Both the position numbers and the translations under genes were made by a program. A DNA stretch of 54,150 nucleotides, filler included, from Sluysia triapertura (Eukaryota): NCBI GenBank assembly GCA_046118255.1. It is 4 parts of 4 records of this genome, joined end to end, with 100 filler letters (N's around TTAATTAATTAA, not from the genome) between each part and the next. Parts side by side here need not be neighbours in the genome. Positions count along the whole stretch, not along the records: positions 1 to 17,156 come from JBJNIA010191717.1; positions 17,257 to 31,699 come from JBJNIA010259181.1; 2 more parts are not named here. The stretch is one strand, 5' to 3'. Below are positions 13,559-25,038 of the stretch, piece after piece. The number at the start of each line of letters is the position of its first letter. The stretch's first letter is position 1. Under the pieces are notes generated by a model. The model had not been told where the DNA came from. It made no database searches and saw only the letters and a list, made by a program, of their open reading frames with translations.

Positions 13559-13917
13559 TATTCGTAAATCTAGTGATAAAATCGATTTCTCGTACTAAAT
13601 ATTACATAACCTGAAGGAAAAATACTAACACAGTATTTATCTTGACTGCCTAGGACCGATCGACTTTATGACTAATTTATACAATGGTCCATTCAACATT
13701 TTAAAATTATGAAATCAACGAAAACTATCAGAACTTTATGATACAATAACTTTACATTACATCTTTTGTAGCATATAGAGGATTTTAAAATATAAGAAAA
13801 TTTCGTTTTTTACAACCTAAACTATCGACTTTCAACAATATAACCTCTACTTAAGTTTTTTCATAATTCTTAATTTCAAATCATAAATTCATGTATAGTA
13901 ATTTTAAAACTTCATAC

Positions 13918-15766
13918 CTCTGTCATTGGTTGAAAGAGCAATATGTGAATCAATATAGGGACGATAAAAGAATCCCGGTATTATACGACCAGCTGTTGTT
14001 TCACACTCTTCCCAGCGCTGCTTACCAGGCGCATGTGGATCGATTTCAACGTAAATATATCTAAAAATAATAAATTTATCAAAAAAAACTAACTTGTAAT
14101 TTTCTTTGTTAAATGGATACTCATATGGAAAATTAAACGCAGTTAGTCTTACTTTAGTTTCTTCAGTTCTCCTGGTAACTGGTTTTCCACTATTATTTGT
14201 AGTCTCATTATTTAATCGACTACTGCTAGCCGTATTACTTACATTTAAAGAGCCACTATTAGTAACATTATTATTAGTTGACTTTCTTTTACGATTATTA
14301 GCATTCCAAGCTCCAGATTGAGGTTGTACACCACCTGAACTTGTTACCTTAGTTTTCAACTGACTAGCCAATATTTTAAATTGATCGTAACCAGGTTTTA
14401 ATAAATGTAAATTCTAAGTTACATAATAAAATTATGTTAGAATGAAGAAATAAATATCATTATTTTATGATATCAAATTCATTTTGATATAAATAGTTGA
14501 TGTAATCAGCTTCAAAATGAGAAAAAGAAAATGCCTAAAAGAACAAATTTTGTGATTTACAATTTAAAAACTTTGGAGAAAAATCGAAGAAAAAATAACC
14601 GCATCAAAACTTTTATTGGCAAAATAATTTTTAATGCTTCGAGATAATCGAAGGGAGATTATTATTCCTGGTAATTCTTATATAATAGTTACTAAATCTA
14701 AAATCATTCTTAAATTACATAAGTTAATATATTACCGCAAAATCTCATCATAAAAATTAAAATTTGGAGGTCAGCTATATTAAGGTTATCCTTAAATCAT
14801 TGTTTGATCATAATTCCTATTATTTACATGCTATAAATTTATAATTTTTGTGTGATAAAAAATTAATGCTTCTTTGATTTATTGAAAAAGTTTGTATTAC
14901 AAAATTGAATAATTACGTAGATGTACAATTTAATAGTGATTATTTGACCATCAGTTTTAAAACACAAACTGTTAAAACTTATAGGGGTACCGATCAAGAA
15001 GGTCATTAGACACCAACTCTAGGCGAACTCATTATAAGTTTTATTTAAATTATAAAACTTATGAGTTTTAATTAAATTACATAAGGTAACAGTACATTAA
15101 GTTATAAATGAAGTAATCAAATACGCACAAATCTAACCGGATTCTTTAAGCTAACTATTAAATCTTCACCATAACCATAACATTTAAATAAATCTGAATT
15201 TAACTAATTAAAATTAAATTTACAAAAATGAAAATACCAATGTTTTATGAATACTTGAATTCAAAGCAGCATACTGTTTTTTCGGTTGTGTAGTTAAAGA
15301 TTCCCAACACTGTTCTAAAAATGGTATAATATCATTTATTTTTGAATAATAAGCTCTATTGTTATTATTGCACATTAAATTAGCTAATGCTGTTTGACAC
15401 ATCCCACTAAAATTACATTGTTTTCTTGAGAAAACCTCTTCATTATTTTCATTACAATTCTTACACATAAAATAGTATGCAGTCATAAAAGGAATAACCC
15501 GACTAGAAATTATATTATTTAAATTCGAACCTTACCCAATTGTAAATTTTATACAACCTTTGTGAAACCATTTACTGCAATTACTGCATAAAAAATCTGG
15601 AGACTTAAAATCTCTAACTTGATTACTTAATGAAACATTAAAAAATATCTACAAGATACCAATAACATTGTGGAGAAGCTGGTCGTTCTACAACTGCTAC
15701 CTCTTTGTAAATTTCTTTTATTTTTTCATCATCAATTTCCTCAACTCCTGTTATTTTATCTGCCAT
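13918..15766 (-). CDS. ASH2L: ASH2L (COMPASS/Set1 subunit), 5' part. Exons 15766-15660, 15625-15536, 15502-15238, 15203-15138, 14413-14094, 14060-13918
   Basis: Spliced frame gives an atypical PHD (CYC...CSNCSKWFHKGC...PFMTAYYFMCKNC), winged helix (IIPFLEQCWESLTT), and FPYEYPFNKENYKYIYVEIDPHAP...AGRIIPGFFYR...LSTNDR. All GT-AG junctions are phase-compatible; SPRY exons not found. Confidence 0.92.
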
Positions 15767-16778
15767 TTGATTATTTTTTTGTAGTATTAGGTAAGCAAAT
15801 AAGGTTTAAGATTAAAAAACAAAATTTAATGTGTTTCTAAAAATAGTGATACTCACTTAAACATTTAAACTTATTAGTTTCATAATCAATGCGCATTAAA
15901 AATAAACCTTTTTGAATTTTGGATTTAAAATTATAAATATTCACTTTAATCACACTGTTTTGACTTCTATTTCATAAATAAAAAACAATATATTTATATA
16001 TAATTTCTGAAAGTTAGCCGTATTAATTAATAATACTAATAAAGATATAAAGTAATTAACGAAGTAGATAAATATTTGAGCTATCAAAATGTATTTAGCT
16101 CAAAAATAAAACTTGTAAAATCAAAAAATATTAAGCTAAGATTAAAATTAGCTTAAAAATTTTATTTCAAACCATGGTTTAAATTGTCTATATTCAAAAA
16201 AATATTCTATTATAATTCAACAATTAAATTAACAAGAAATCTCAATATATTGAGATACTAATATGTCTTTTATAATAATATGCCTTCAATATAAAATATC
16301 TGTCTACTATAACAATGAATGAATAACTATTCTTTTATAACAATATACCTTCAGTACACAAATTTAAAATTATAAATCACTTTATAAAATAGTAAATCTA
16401 TAAAAATCAAGGGGTGATACAACACAATAAATAACAATAATAAAATAACTATAACGTAACTTAATAACCTTAACAAAAGTAAAACTACTGTTGTGCCTTT
16501 TATACTTTTTTTACTCTATAAATTATTAATCAAAACCCAAAAACTAAGCAAATTTAGAATCGGTATATTGAATAATCACAAAATTACAATTAAAAGATAT
16601 AATTTAATCTTTAAGAAAACGACAATACAAATTAGTTCTTATAAAATGAAATTATTCTTTATAACAATTTTACAAATCAGTCTTTATAACAACGTAAATT
16701 ACTCCTTAAAAACAAATAAAAACAGGGGTGATATAACTTAAATGTTTGTACCCGTATTAATCAAAATAAAACACTAAC

Positions 16779-16929
16779 CAATTGTCCTCTAACTCTAAAT
16801 ATTTATATTGATCAATTGCTAAAGAATAAGCCCTGATATCACCATTAACCACAGATGTATCAAGGCAGCGTCCCTCAGCTAAAAAGTTCTGATATCTCAA
16901 CTCTATTCTTATTTCTGTCGATTTTGCTT
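16779..16929 (-). CDS. Probable isolated internal exon of an unidentified gene
   Basis: AG/GT-flanked open stretch AKSTEIRIELRYQNFLAEGRCLDTSVVNGDIRAYSLAIDQYKYLELEDN with coding-like composition. Confidence 0.4.
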
Positions 16930-17156
16930 CTAATTTTATGCAAAAATGTAACTGCTTATATAACAGTTTTATGATGCTGTAGGAAATTAAAATCAAGAAT
17001 TGAACAAGACGGAAGTTAAAGCAGTCTATTCACTTTTAGTCGGCAATAAGTCGACTAATTTGACTGATTGAATTTCAAACTAATTTTAATTATCTAATGA
17101 TAATAGGATTTGTGGTCAACAATCCCCTTATCTTCTTAATTTCACCTAATCAAAAT

Positions 17157-17255
17157 NNNNNNNNNNNNNNNNNNNNNNNNNNNNNNNNNNNNNNNNNNNN
17201 TTAATTAATTAANNNNNNNNNNNNNNNNNNNNNNNNNNNNNNNNNNNNNNNNNNN
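17157..17255. other. Scaffold gap with synthetic TTAATTAATTAA linker
   Basis: ~44 N + TTAATTAATTAA + ~43 N. Confidence 0.95.
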
Positions 17256-17680
17256 NTGTATTTTCTAATTTATTGTTTAATTATATATTTTTGCAGCTGC
17301 AATTCTTTATTAATCTCATAATTTTGTTTAAAAATTTTTATTCTTTTTAAATCTAATATTGGCGGCTTAAGGCCCACAAAACAATTAACTAATTCATAAA
17401 AACAGTAATAACTTATTAAACAATCAAAAATCATTGAACAAAAAAGGATTAAATGCTACTCTGTAGATCATACTTCGGACGTTGTCGATACTCTTCGAAA
17501 AATTGAAAGTAATTCACCGAATATCTTTATATTAAGTTAGTTCTCATTTAAATTATTTGAAAATTACAATAGGTTAAATGAATCATCTCCACAAAACCGG
17601 CAATTTTAAATCATCCAGGTTATTGTCAAATAAAAACACCAGTGCACATAATGATATTAGTACTGATATATGGTTTACTT

Positions 17681-18003
17681 CAGTGTTCTTCAAAAGGGAA
17701 GCGCGAGAAATTTCAAAGTTACAGTAAAGTAGTCATGAGAAAATATTCTTAAAATATGATAGGTCAAATTTTAAATACAATTATTCTTTTATTTTATTGA
17801 TAATATTAGACAACAAAATAGTAAATTTTTTCTTAATGAATAAAACGGTCTCAAGAAGAGTATGTTCTAATATGTTATCATTAAATATATTTAAATTGTT
17901 GGTATTAAAAATTTTACTTTATTATTTTTATTTTAGTCCCTAGGAGTCGCGAAAAAATTTGGACTCCTAAAGTGAATCGCAGCAAAAAGTGTGAAGACCA
18001 CTG
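17681..18003. mobile_element. hAT-type MITE (323 bp)
   Basis: TIRs CAGTGTTCTTCA / TGAAGACCACTG (11/12 match); degenerate 8-bp TSD GTTTACTT / GTCTATTT. Confidence 0.75.
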
Positions 18004-20566
18004 GTCTATTTGTTCTAGTCGGAATATGGTTAATAGTAAAATGTTCTACACAGGGCTTTTGTAAAATAATAATTCGCAAAATAATAATACGCGAATAAAC
18101 AGCACAAACTTTAAAATGGTTTAGACAGACAATCGGATTTGCTAAATGGAAAGTTATATAACGAATTATACCAATTGAATTTAAACTCTTAAAATCATCT
18201 ACACATTCATAAATTTTTACAAGATCATTAATTTCTATATAAGTATAAGCAAACATGCGACTTTATATTATTTCACATATTTTATTAACAATTATGTATT
18301 TATCAATATTATATAGTTCGTTTAAGCAAAATCATTTAGGCTCATTAATTAAATAAAACAAACTATGCATTTTTTCGCGTATCATCACATTTCGTTCATA
18401 CGTTAAAATACCACCTTGTATATATATGAATTAACAAGACTGTAAAGATCCATTGATAAGCATCGCGACAAATATTACCATTTTCGGATGTATGATTTGG
18501 AAATTTAGAATGATCTGATCTTCCTGATTCTTCATGTATCATTACAAGAATTTGATATGGTTCCAATGCCATTTCGTTCATTTTATTAAATTATCGACTA
18601 ATAATCTTAATGCTCTCTTAAAAATCTTTTATAATTAATAATATCATCTTACTTAAGTGATAATAACTCACAAATTGATTTATAGAAATTTTTAAATAAA
18701 ATATTAATTAATAATAATGATAATAAAGATAGCTAATAAAATACTTATAACATAAACAACAGTAATAAAGTGATAATAATAATAATAACGCAATTTTAGA
18801 GCAAATATTTCACAAATTTTATTTATGCTGACAATCAGTATAAAAAAATCATGATATACTTAATCTAAAAGTTCTTATAAAGAATGCAAAAGCTATTATT
18901 AAAAATTAATGTTAATTATGGACTAATTAATAATCATTAAAACATTGTGAAATTTAATACGACTTAAATGTTAAACACAAATATGTAAAGATAGCATTTA
19001 TTATTAAAAAATTAATTTTGTTTGAGTTTACACTCCAAAAACCAAATATATGTTATGTTATAAAGTTAATAATAGTAACATGATTTAATAAAGTGATTTA
19101 ATTGGTTGGTTAAGTGCTTTAAGATAATGAAATAATAATAAAAGTGATTTTGATTTATATTTTCTAAATGCCATTTTGACAATGAACATCTCCATCAAAA
19201 ATACTACATCACAATTCAAAACTTTATGTAAAACAAGGAAGACATTTTCTCTACAGATATATGAGTCAGTCGTCCAATATCATTAATACAAATATCAGAC
19301 AATATTAAAATCACATCTGAGTTCTTCATATCACTTAAATCTGATGTAACATCATTTGAATCCTTGACACACCAAAAATTCAAAACATCTTCAAATAAAT
19401 CTTCATTTAAACCTTGACATAAATTTATAACAACCAAAATCAAACATAAAAAGTACTGATAAAATTTAATAATTTAAAGAATCGTATGAAGAATTTTATT
19501 CAACAGCACAGTTAGAAGCAACAAATGAATTAGCATGTGAAACAATGTACAACATTGGATGAGGAAGAAAAATAAATTAAAAGTACGACAAATGATGAAG
19601 AAGATAACAAGGAAAAATACATTTATAACGAATTACTTAAGCAACGTGAACATTCTCAATCCAACAATTCAATGCTGTTAAGTAATTCCAGGAAAATCTA
19701 AAATATATTTACAAAGAATTACAATGAACAATCTAAACAAAATTATTCTAATTATAAAAAAAACTTTAAATTATGAATAATTTTAAAATTATAATTTCAT
19801 AGCAAAATAATACATTTAATTTTGTTTTACATTTTTCAATTAGATATAAATATTGCTTAGAAATTGTGAATAATTTTCTTGCAGACTTTTATTATTCATG
19901 AATTTTTTCTAGAAACAAATTATGTAAATTCTCAAATTGATCTCTCTTTAAATGAATATACTTGTATTTGTTTGCAACTGATTTGCTAAGAATTAATCAC
20001 ATATGTATTTATCTAGTTATGCACTTAAAAATAAATCACCGTAGGTCGCACTTTTATACATATTTAATTTAAAATATGTAGAACTATTTAAATCATTAAT
20101 TTCAAAATAATTTTGATAAATGACTTTTAATTTTTTTAAATTATTGTTATTCCATTTGGCAAATTCCGAGAAAATCTTCCTTGATAATGAAATATATCAT
20201 TAATAGTGTTTAATGATTTAAGGATTTGTGAAATTTGAATATAAGATCATGCTGACATAATCAAGAAACTCAGGTTCTAATAACATTTTTATTAATAATA
20301 TATAACAATGATTAATAATCTAAATATTAAAAATTGATTTACATTTATTACATTGTAAAATATTCATTTTACAATAGAAAAAAAACTGAAAAATCGCGGT
20401 AAATTATGAGAAATGGCAACTACAAATGGAAATTGAAAAAATGTGATGTTATTTAAATTTTGTAATTTATATTTTAAACACTAACTACTCTGATTAAAAC
20501 ATACACTACCGGAGATTGAGAAGAAAATATTGACACATCCGATGAATATATTTCTTATGAAATGAC

Positions 20567-20695
20567 TTTAAATCACATTGGATTTTTTAACTGCGAAAAT
20601 ATAGTGCAACACCATATAGAAAACTGATAATGTAGACACGCTACACATTTTCTTCGCCGAGCTCAAGAACAAGAACTGATAAGTTGCATATGTGA
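20567..20695. repeat. Dispersed repeat, copy 2 (inverted relative to 3112-3230)
   Basis: Aligns by eye to the reverse complement of 3112-3230. Confidence 0.85.
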
Positions 20696-21753
20696 GACGC
20701 TGATTGCTAACGTATTAAATATCAATGTACACAAACATTTATTATTAGAAAATATTTCAAATAATTTTATCAAGAAACACCATATAATTCAAACAAGTTG
20801 ATTCAGAAATAAATCATTCATAAATTATAATAAAACCTGCAGGAAACAATTAATTGAGTTTGCTGATGATAGAATTCTTATTTTTAATATGATTTTAATA
20901 AAAGAGATGTGTCTTTTAAATTCAATATAGGATTATATTGTAGTGGCCAACACTCATAATTTAAAATTAATCAATAATTCATATTTAACATCCACAAATT
21001 AAATTTCACCAATTTTAAATTTTTAAAACAATCTCAATTTTTACTATCGAACTACACCAACACTCGATATTTATAACACCTCATCAACTCACACATATCA
21101 ACAATTCCACTAACATTTTTAACCATCCATAGGACAACAAACTCCGACATTTAACCTCGTATAATTCACAACATTCACTCATAAGATATTTTAGCAAACA
21201 AATCACAATCACAATATAAAATACACAAATCATAAACATAGTAGCATTATTTAACAACGCTAACAACTACCTTAGAAACATATATCATTTACATCAAAAT
21301 CCTTAATCAACTACACCAACCTAAAGCCACTTCATATACACATATTCATTATTAACAATTACTCGTAATAACATTATAATATATTAAGATTTATTTTGTA
21401 ATCGTCATTTAAAATTAAAAATAACTTCAACCTTTCAATAAGCATCTCAAACCATTATAATGAATGTATAAATCTTGTTTTCAATTATAAATCTTCAATA
21501 AGTTTCAACAAATTCTTTTAACATTCTTCATTTCACTTACAACCTAAACCATTACATCTTTCAAAAACAAATTTAAGATAACCTTAAAGATTTCATTATC
21601 GTACTGTGAAGAAACAACTACAAATGATACATTGTATACTTAGTTACTGTTGTTCCTTCACATTATGACATTCGTTTTGTTCCTTTTTATTTCATTTATA
21701 TGTAGAATGTTTAAGAATACAAAGAAAAAGATCGCGTATAAGTTCTAATCAAG

Positions 21754-21888
21754 NNNNNNNNNNNNNNNNNNNNNNNNNNNNNNNNNNNNNNNNNNNNNNN
21801 NNNNNNNNNNNNNNNNNNNNNNNNNNNNNNNNNNNNNNNNNNNNNNNNNNNNNNNNNNNNNNNNNNNNNNNNNNNNNNNNNNNNNNNN
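21754..21888. other. Assembly gap
   Basis: Run of N. Confidence 0.95.
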
Positions 21889-21937
21889 TTTTTATTAAAT
21901 AATGAAAATTAAAATTACCATTCATGTGATGACAAAT

Positions 21938-22018
21938 CTGGTTACTGCCATCACCAGTGTTGACAGTCTATATGACATTTACATTAGGCTGTCAGCCCTG
22001 ATGATGGTCAGTCATCAG
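21938..22018 (+). ncRNA. Candidate pre-miRNA-like hairpin
   Basis: Arms CTGGTTACTGCCATCACCAGTGTTGACAGTCTA and TAGGCTGTCAGCCCTGATGATGGTCAGTCATCAG pair over ~33 positions with G-U wobbles and few mismatches around a 14-nt loop. Confidence 0.4.
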
Positions 22019-22236
22019 TTGTTACCTATCTTCATATTAATTCATTTACCAAATAACACCCAATCAGAATACAGCTCATTAGAAAATACTAAATACTAAC
22101 TTCTCAATACTCTGATTGGGAAGACAGAATTAGAAATCTCATCGTAATAATTTTTGAGTCACAATTTAAAAATCAGACGCAGTGATTTCGTCAAAAATAG
22201 ATAATTAATTATACATTATTTATCACAAAAGTTAAG

Positions 22237-23452
22237 ATGGAGCATTTACTATGAGATTTCAATTTTAAGGGTGTAGAACTTATGAAAAAGAAATTAGTTA
22301 AACAATGTAGTGAAAACAAGTGTTTTTCAACTTTACCAATATGTTTTTTACATATTACTAATGAATGTTCTGATTCTAATCTGAAATGGTATCATTTTTT
22401 AAATGCTTAACATATTTGTAATATTTGTATGAATAAAATAACATCGTCCTTTAATTATGACATACGGTATCAAGAAATAATGAATTGGAAAAATGAATGG
22501 ATTGCGAAGTCACATGATAACAGTTCGATTAATGATTTCATTTCTAATAAATTGCTGTCTACTTGGTGTCGATGTGTTCAGTGCAAAAAATGGAGACAAG
22601 TTAGTCTGTCCGTAAAAATAATGCCTATAGAATTAGAAAACTGCTCATGTAGTCTTATAATAAAACATACCAAAGATCCTTGTAAAGTGGTTCAAAATAA
22701 GAGAATTGAGTATATAAAATCAAATCCAGAAAAATTTTTGTTTTCTTTAGTTTATGGAGCGCTTTTAGAATTTTCAATTAATTTAGAATGTTTCAATAAT
22801 TCAGCTTTAAATATTGTTGGAATAAATCCAACTACAACTGCACTAGATTTTTCTTTACCTGTAATTTATAAAGAATTTCTTCGAAATCTTATGTTACTTC
22901 TATGAGTATCTATTCTAAGATTTTAATGTCTAACCCAAATATCAGCCTAAAAACAAATGAAAAGTTCGAGTTGAATATAGATGTTCTAAGAAAATACGCT
23001 GCTGTCTACAGAACATACATGAATCTCGTTCATAAATTAGAATATGATAATTTAGTTTAAATGTTTATAAAAAAACCGGTCTAGCTAATAAAAATGTGTT
23101 GCCAAAGGATAAATTAAAGATACTACGATTACAAGAAAGTAATTATGAAGAAATTCAGAAGAGTTCAAGAAGTTCAATGTTCATTAGTGAAAAAATAAAA
23201 ATCTTCATGAATTATAAAAGGAATAATGAAAATTCAACATTACCTACCGATCATGATGATCAATCATTCTTTACAAGTTACGTTCTTAAATGTAAAATAT
23301 CATGTCATGGCTCACTCGTGGTTAGTCTTACTATGTCAGAAGATCATTATTACACGATGTCATTAAGTAAAGGTATAATTCTAGCTGCTGAGTTTCTTGA
23401 TATGTTTTGTATTATGCCTGATTTTTTAATAAACAACACTATCGGATCATGA
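22237..23452 (+). pseudogene. KDM1B: KDM1B/LSD2-like pseudogene (C4H2C2 finger, zf-CW, start of SWIRM)
   Basis: CSENKC..LPICF...C....KWYH...*HICNIC...W..EW...F....LSTWCRCVQCKKWRQV...C.....DPC...VGINP...LRNLMLLL* follows the LSD2 N-terminal layout. In-frame stops at 22252, 22408 and 22903; no FAD-binding GxGxxG seen. Confidence 0.75.
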
Positions 23453-24149
23453 AATCGCAACAAGAAGATTACAGTAAAAATGAGATCAAGATTCCAGAAA
23501 TAAAGAAGATTAATGAAGTGTTATCGCAAATTAAACTCATTCTTTTTTAGTTATCTAATAAATTATTATAATAGTCGCGTTATAATTATGATTCGTTACT
23601 TTAATATCAAGTTATTGAATGTATCCCGAAATATGACGTATAGATTTAAAATAAGTTTTAACAAACGTTTCAAAACGTTTTATGATATTGACAAAACGAG
23701 AAAACTTTATAAAATTTGTGAAACAAATAAAATTATACATTTAATAAAATTCGGTAAAACTTTCGTAACTTTAATCCCAACTTAATATTATAATAATGAT
23801 GCTTATAAATGAGAACTAAATCGCGAAACATTTACTTATCAAACAAATTTATTACCCGAATACACGTACTCTATAATAAATTTAAATTCGAAACTACACA
23901 ATGATAATAGTAATAAGCCCTCAACTAGAACCAAAACTGTAGATCTATATATTGAATCTCTTTAAAACTCTTCTTAAAATTTTATTCAACACCACTCGGC
24001 GCATCTTACTCCACAAAGGAGGTAATATGACGAAAAAGAAATTAAAATATTTTGGATACATGAAAGAAAAATACATCATACACAAAACAGAGATAGGATC
24101 ATAAAGGTAGAAAAAAGAAAAATAACGGAGGCATCAACAGAAAATCTTC

Positions 24150-24910
24150 TTAGCCGAAATCCCTAGAGCTATGTTCACCAGCGATAGATCCATATTCGGA
24201 CACCATTTTTCTGCACACGCTCGGTTCCAGTCTCTATCAATTGCAGATCTATGCTTGTGTCCTTCTTCGGGTTCCAGGATATCAGAAACAGCAGCAGTCT
24301 CGGGTGGATGTCTGGCACATTGTGAATCAAGGTGACTATTCTGAGCTTCAACAACTAGGACACCTCCAACAAGTTCACGGATACAAGCAGGACCAGGTTC
24401 TCGAACACCATCTGGACAAGCCGAGAATTCGTCTCAGCCAACCGATGTAGTGAATATAGAACCAAGAACAGAAGAACAAGCAGGTCTAAATCTGCCACGT
24501 GCGCAAGAACTACCAGTGACGTAGATATCAGCATCGACCGATTAAAGCAATACATCCATAGTAATATGTTGAATCACAAGAACTAGGCACAAAATTTAAT
24601 CCGGTACCTAGAACAAGTGAGAGGCAACAGGAGGTACCATCCATACTAACCTGGAAGTACACTGTTTATGACTAAGGAGGAGGTACCTCCGCGACTACGT
24701 TATATAGCATTTTTATGTAGTTGTGATTTCCGGACTCAGCACAGGGTGACAACGTGCCAGCGATGATAATGTTACTAAAAAATAGTTAGTTGAGATACCA
24801 TCCATCAATACTGACCTCAAAGGCTATCGAGAAGGTATTCCAACTAACACGATCGCAATTTCGGTTGTGTACTCTGGAAAAACTTTCGCAGTGACAACGT
24901 GACCCAAAAA
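24150..24910 (+). mobile_element. GC-elevated island, possible LINE ORF1 relic
   Basis: Frameshifted FGH...C TRSVPVxINCRS resembles gag-like knuckles, followed by a P/S/T/Q-rich tail; internal degenerate duplication. Confidence 0.3.
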
Positions 24911-24949
24911 TATGTGGAACGAATAGTTCGTTTATCATTTAAGTGGTTT

Positions 24950-25038
24950 CTCTACCCACTGAGCTATCAGCCCCGTCTAACAATTTTAGATTATTACAGT
25001 CAGTTACACTGTAGCACTTTAAGACTGCATACCAACAG
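24950..25038 (-). repeat. Truncated copy of tRNA-related repeat (see 31265-31410)
   Basis: CCACTGAGCTATCAGCCCCGTCTAACAATTTTA...AGCACTTTAA...CCAACA is shared with 31318-31410. Confidence 0.8.

Noticed and set aside
6187-14060. ASH2L-GFM1 fusion gene by direct splicing
   Set aside because: The ASH2L donor at 13917 is phase 1 and the GFM1 acceptor at 6464 is phase 0, so a direct splice is out of frame.
14106-14321. Plus-strand ORFs opposite ASH2L, and 29795-30103 opposite Gli
   Set aside because: Antisense shadows of real exons.
16400-16745. Repeated AGGGGTGATAYAAC as PPT/LTR junctions
   Set aside because: No LTR pair or extended similarity beyond the motif.
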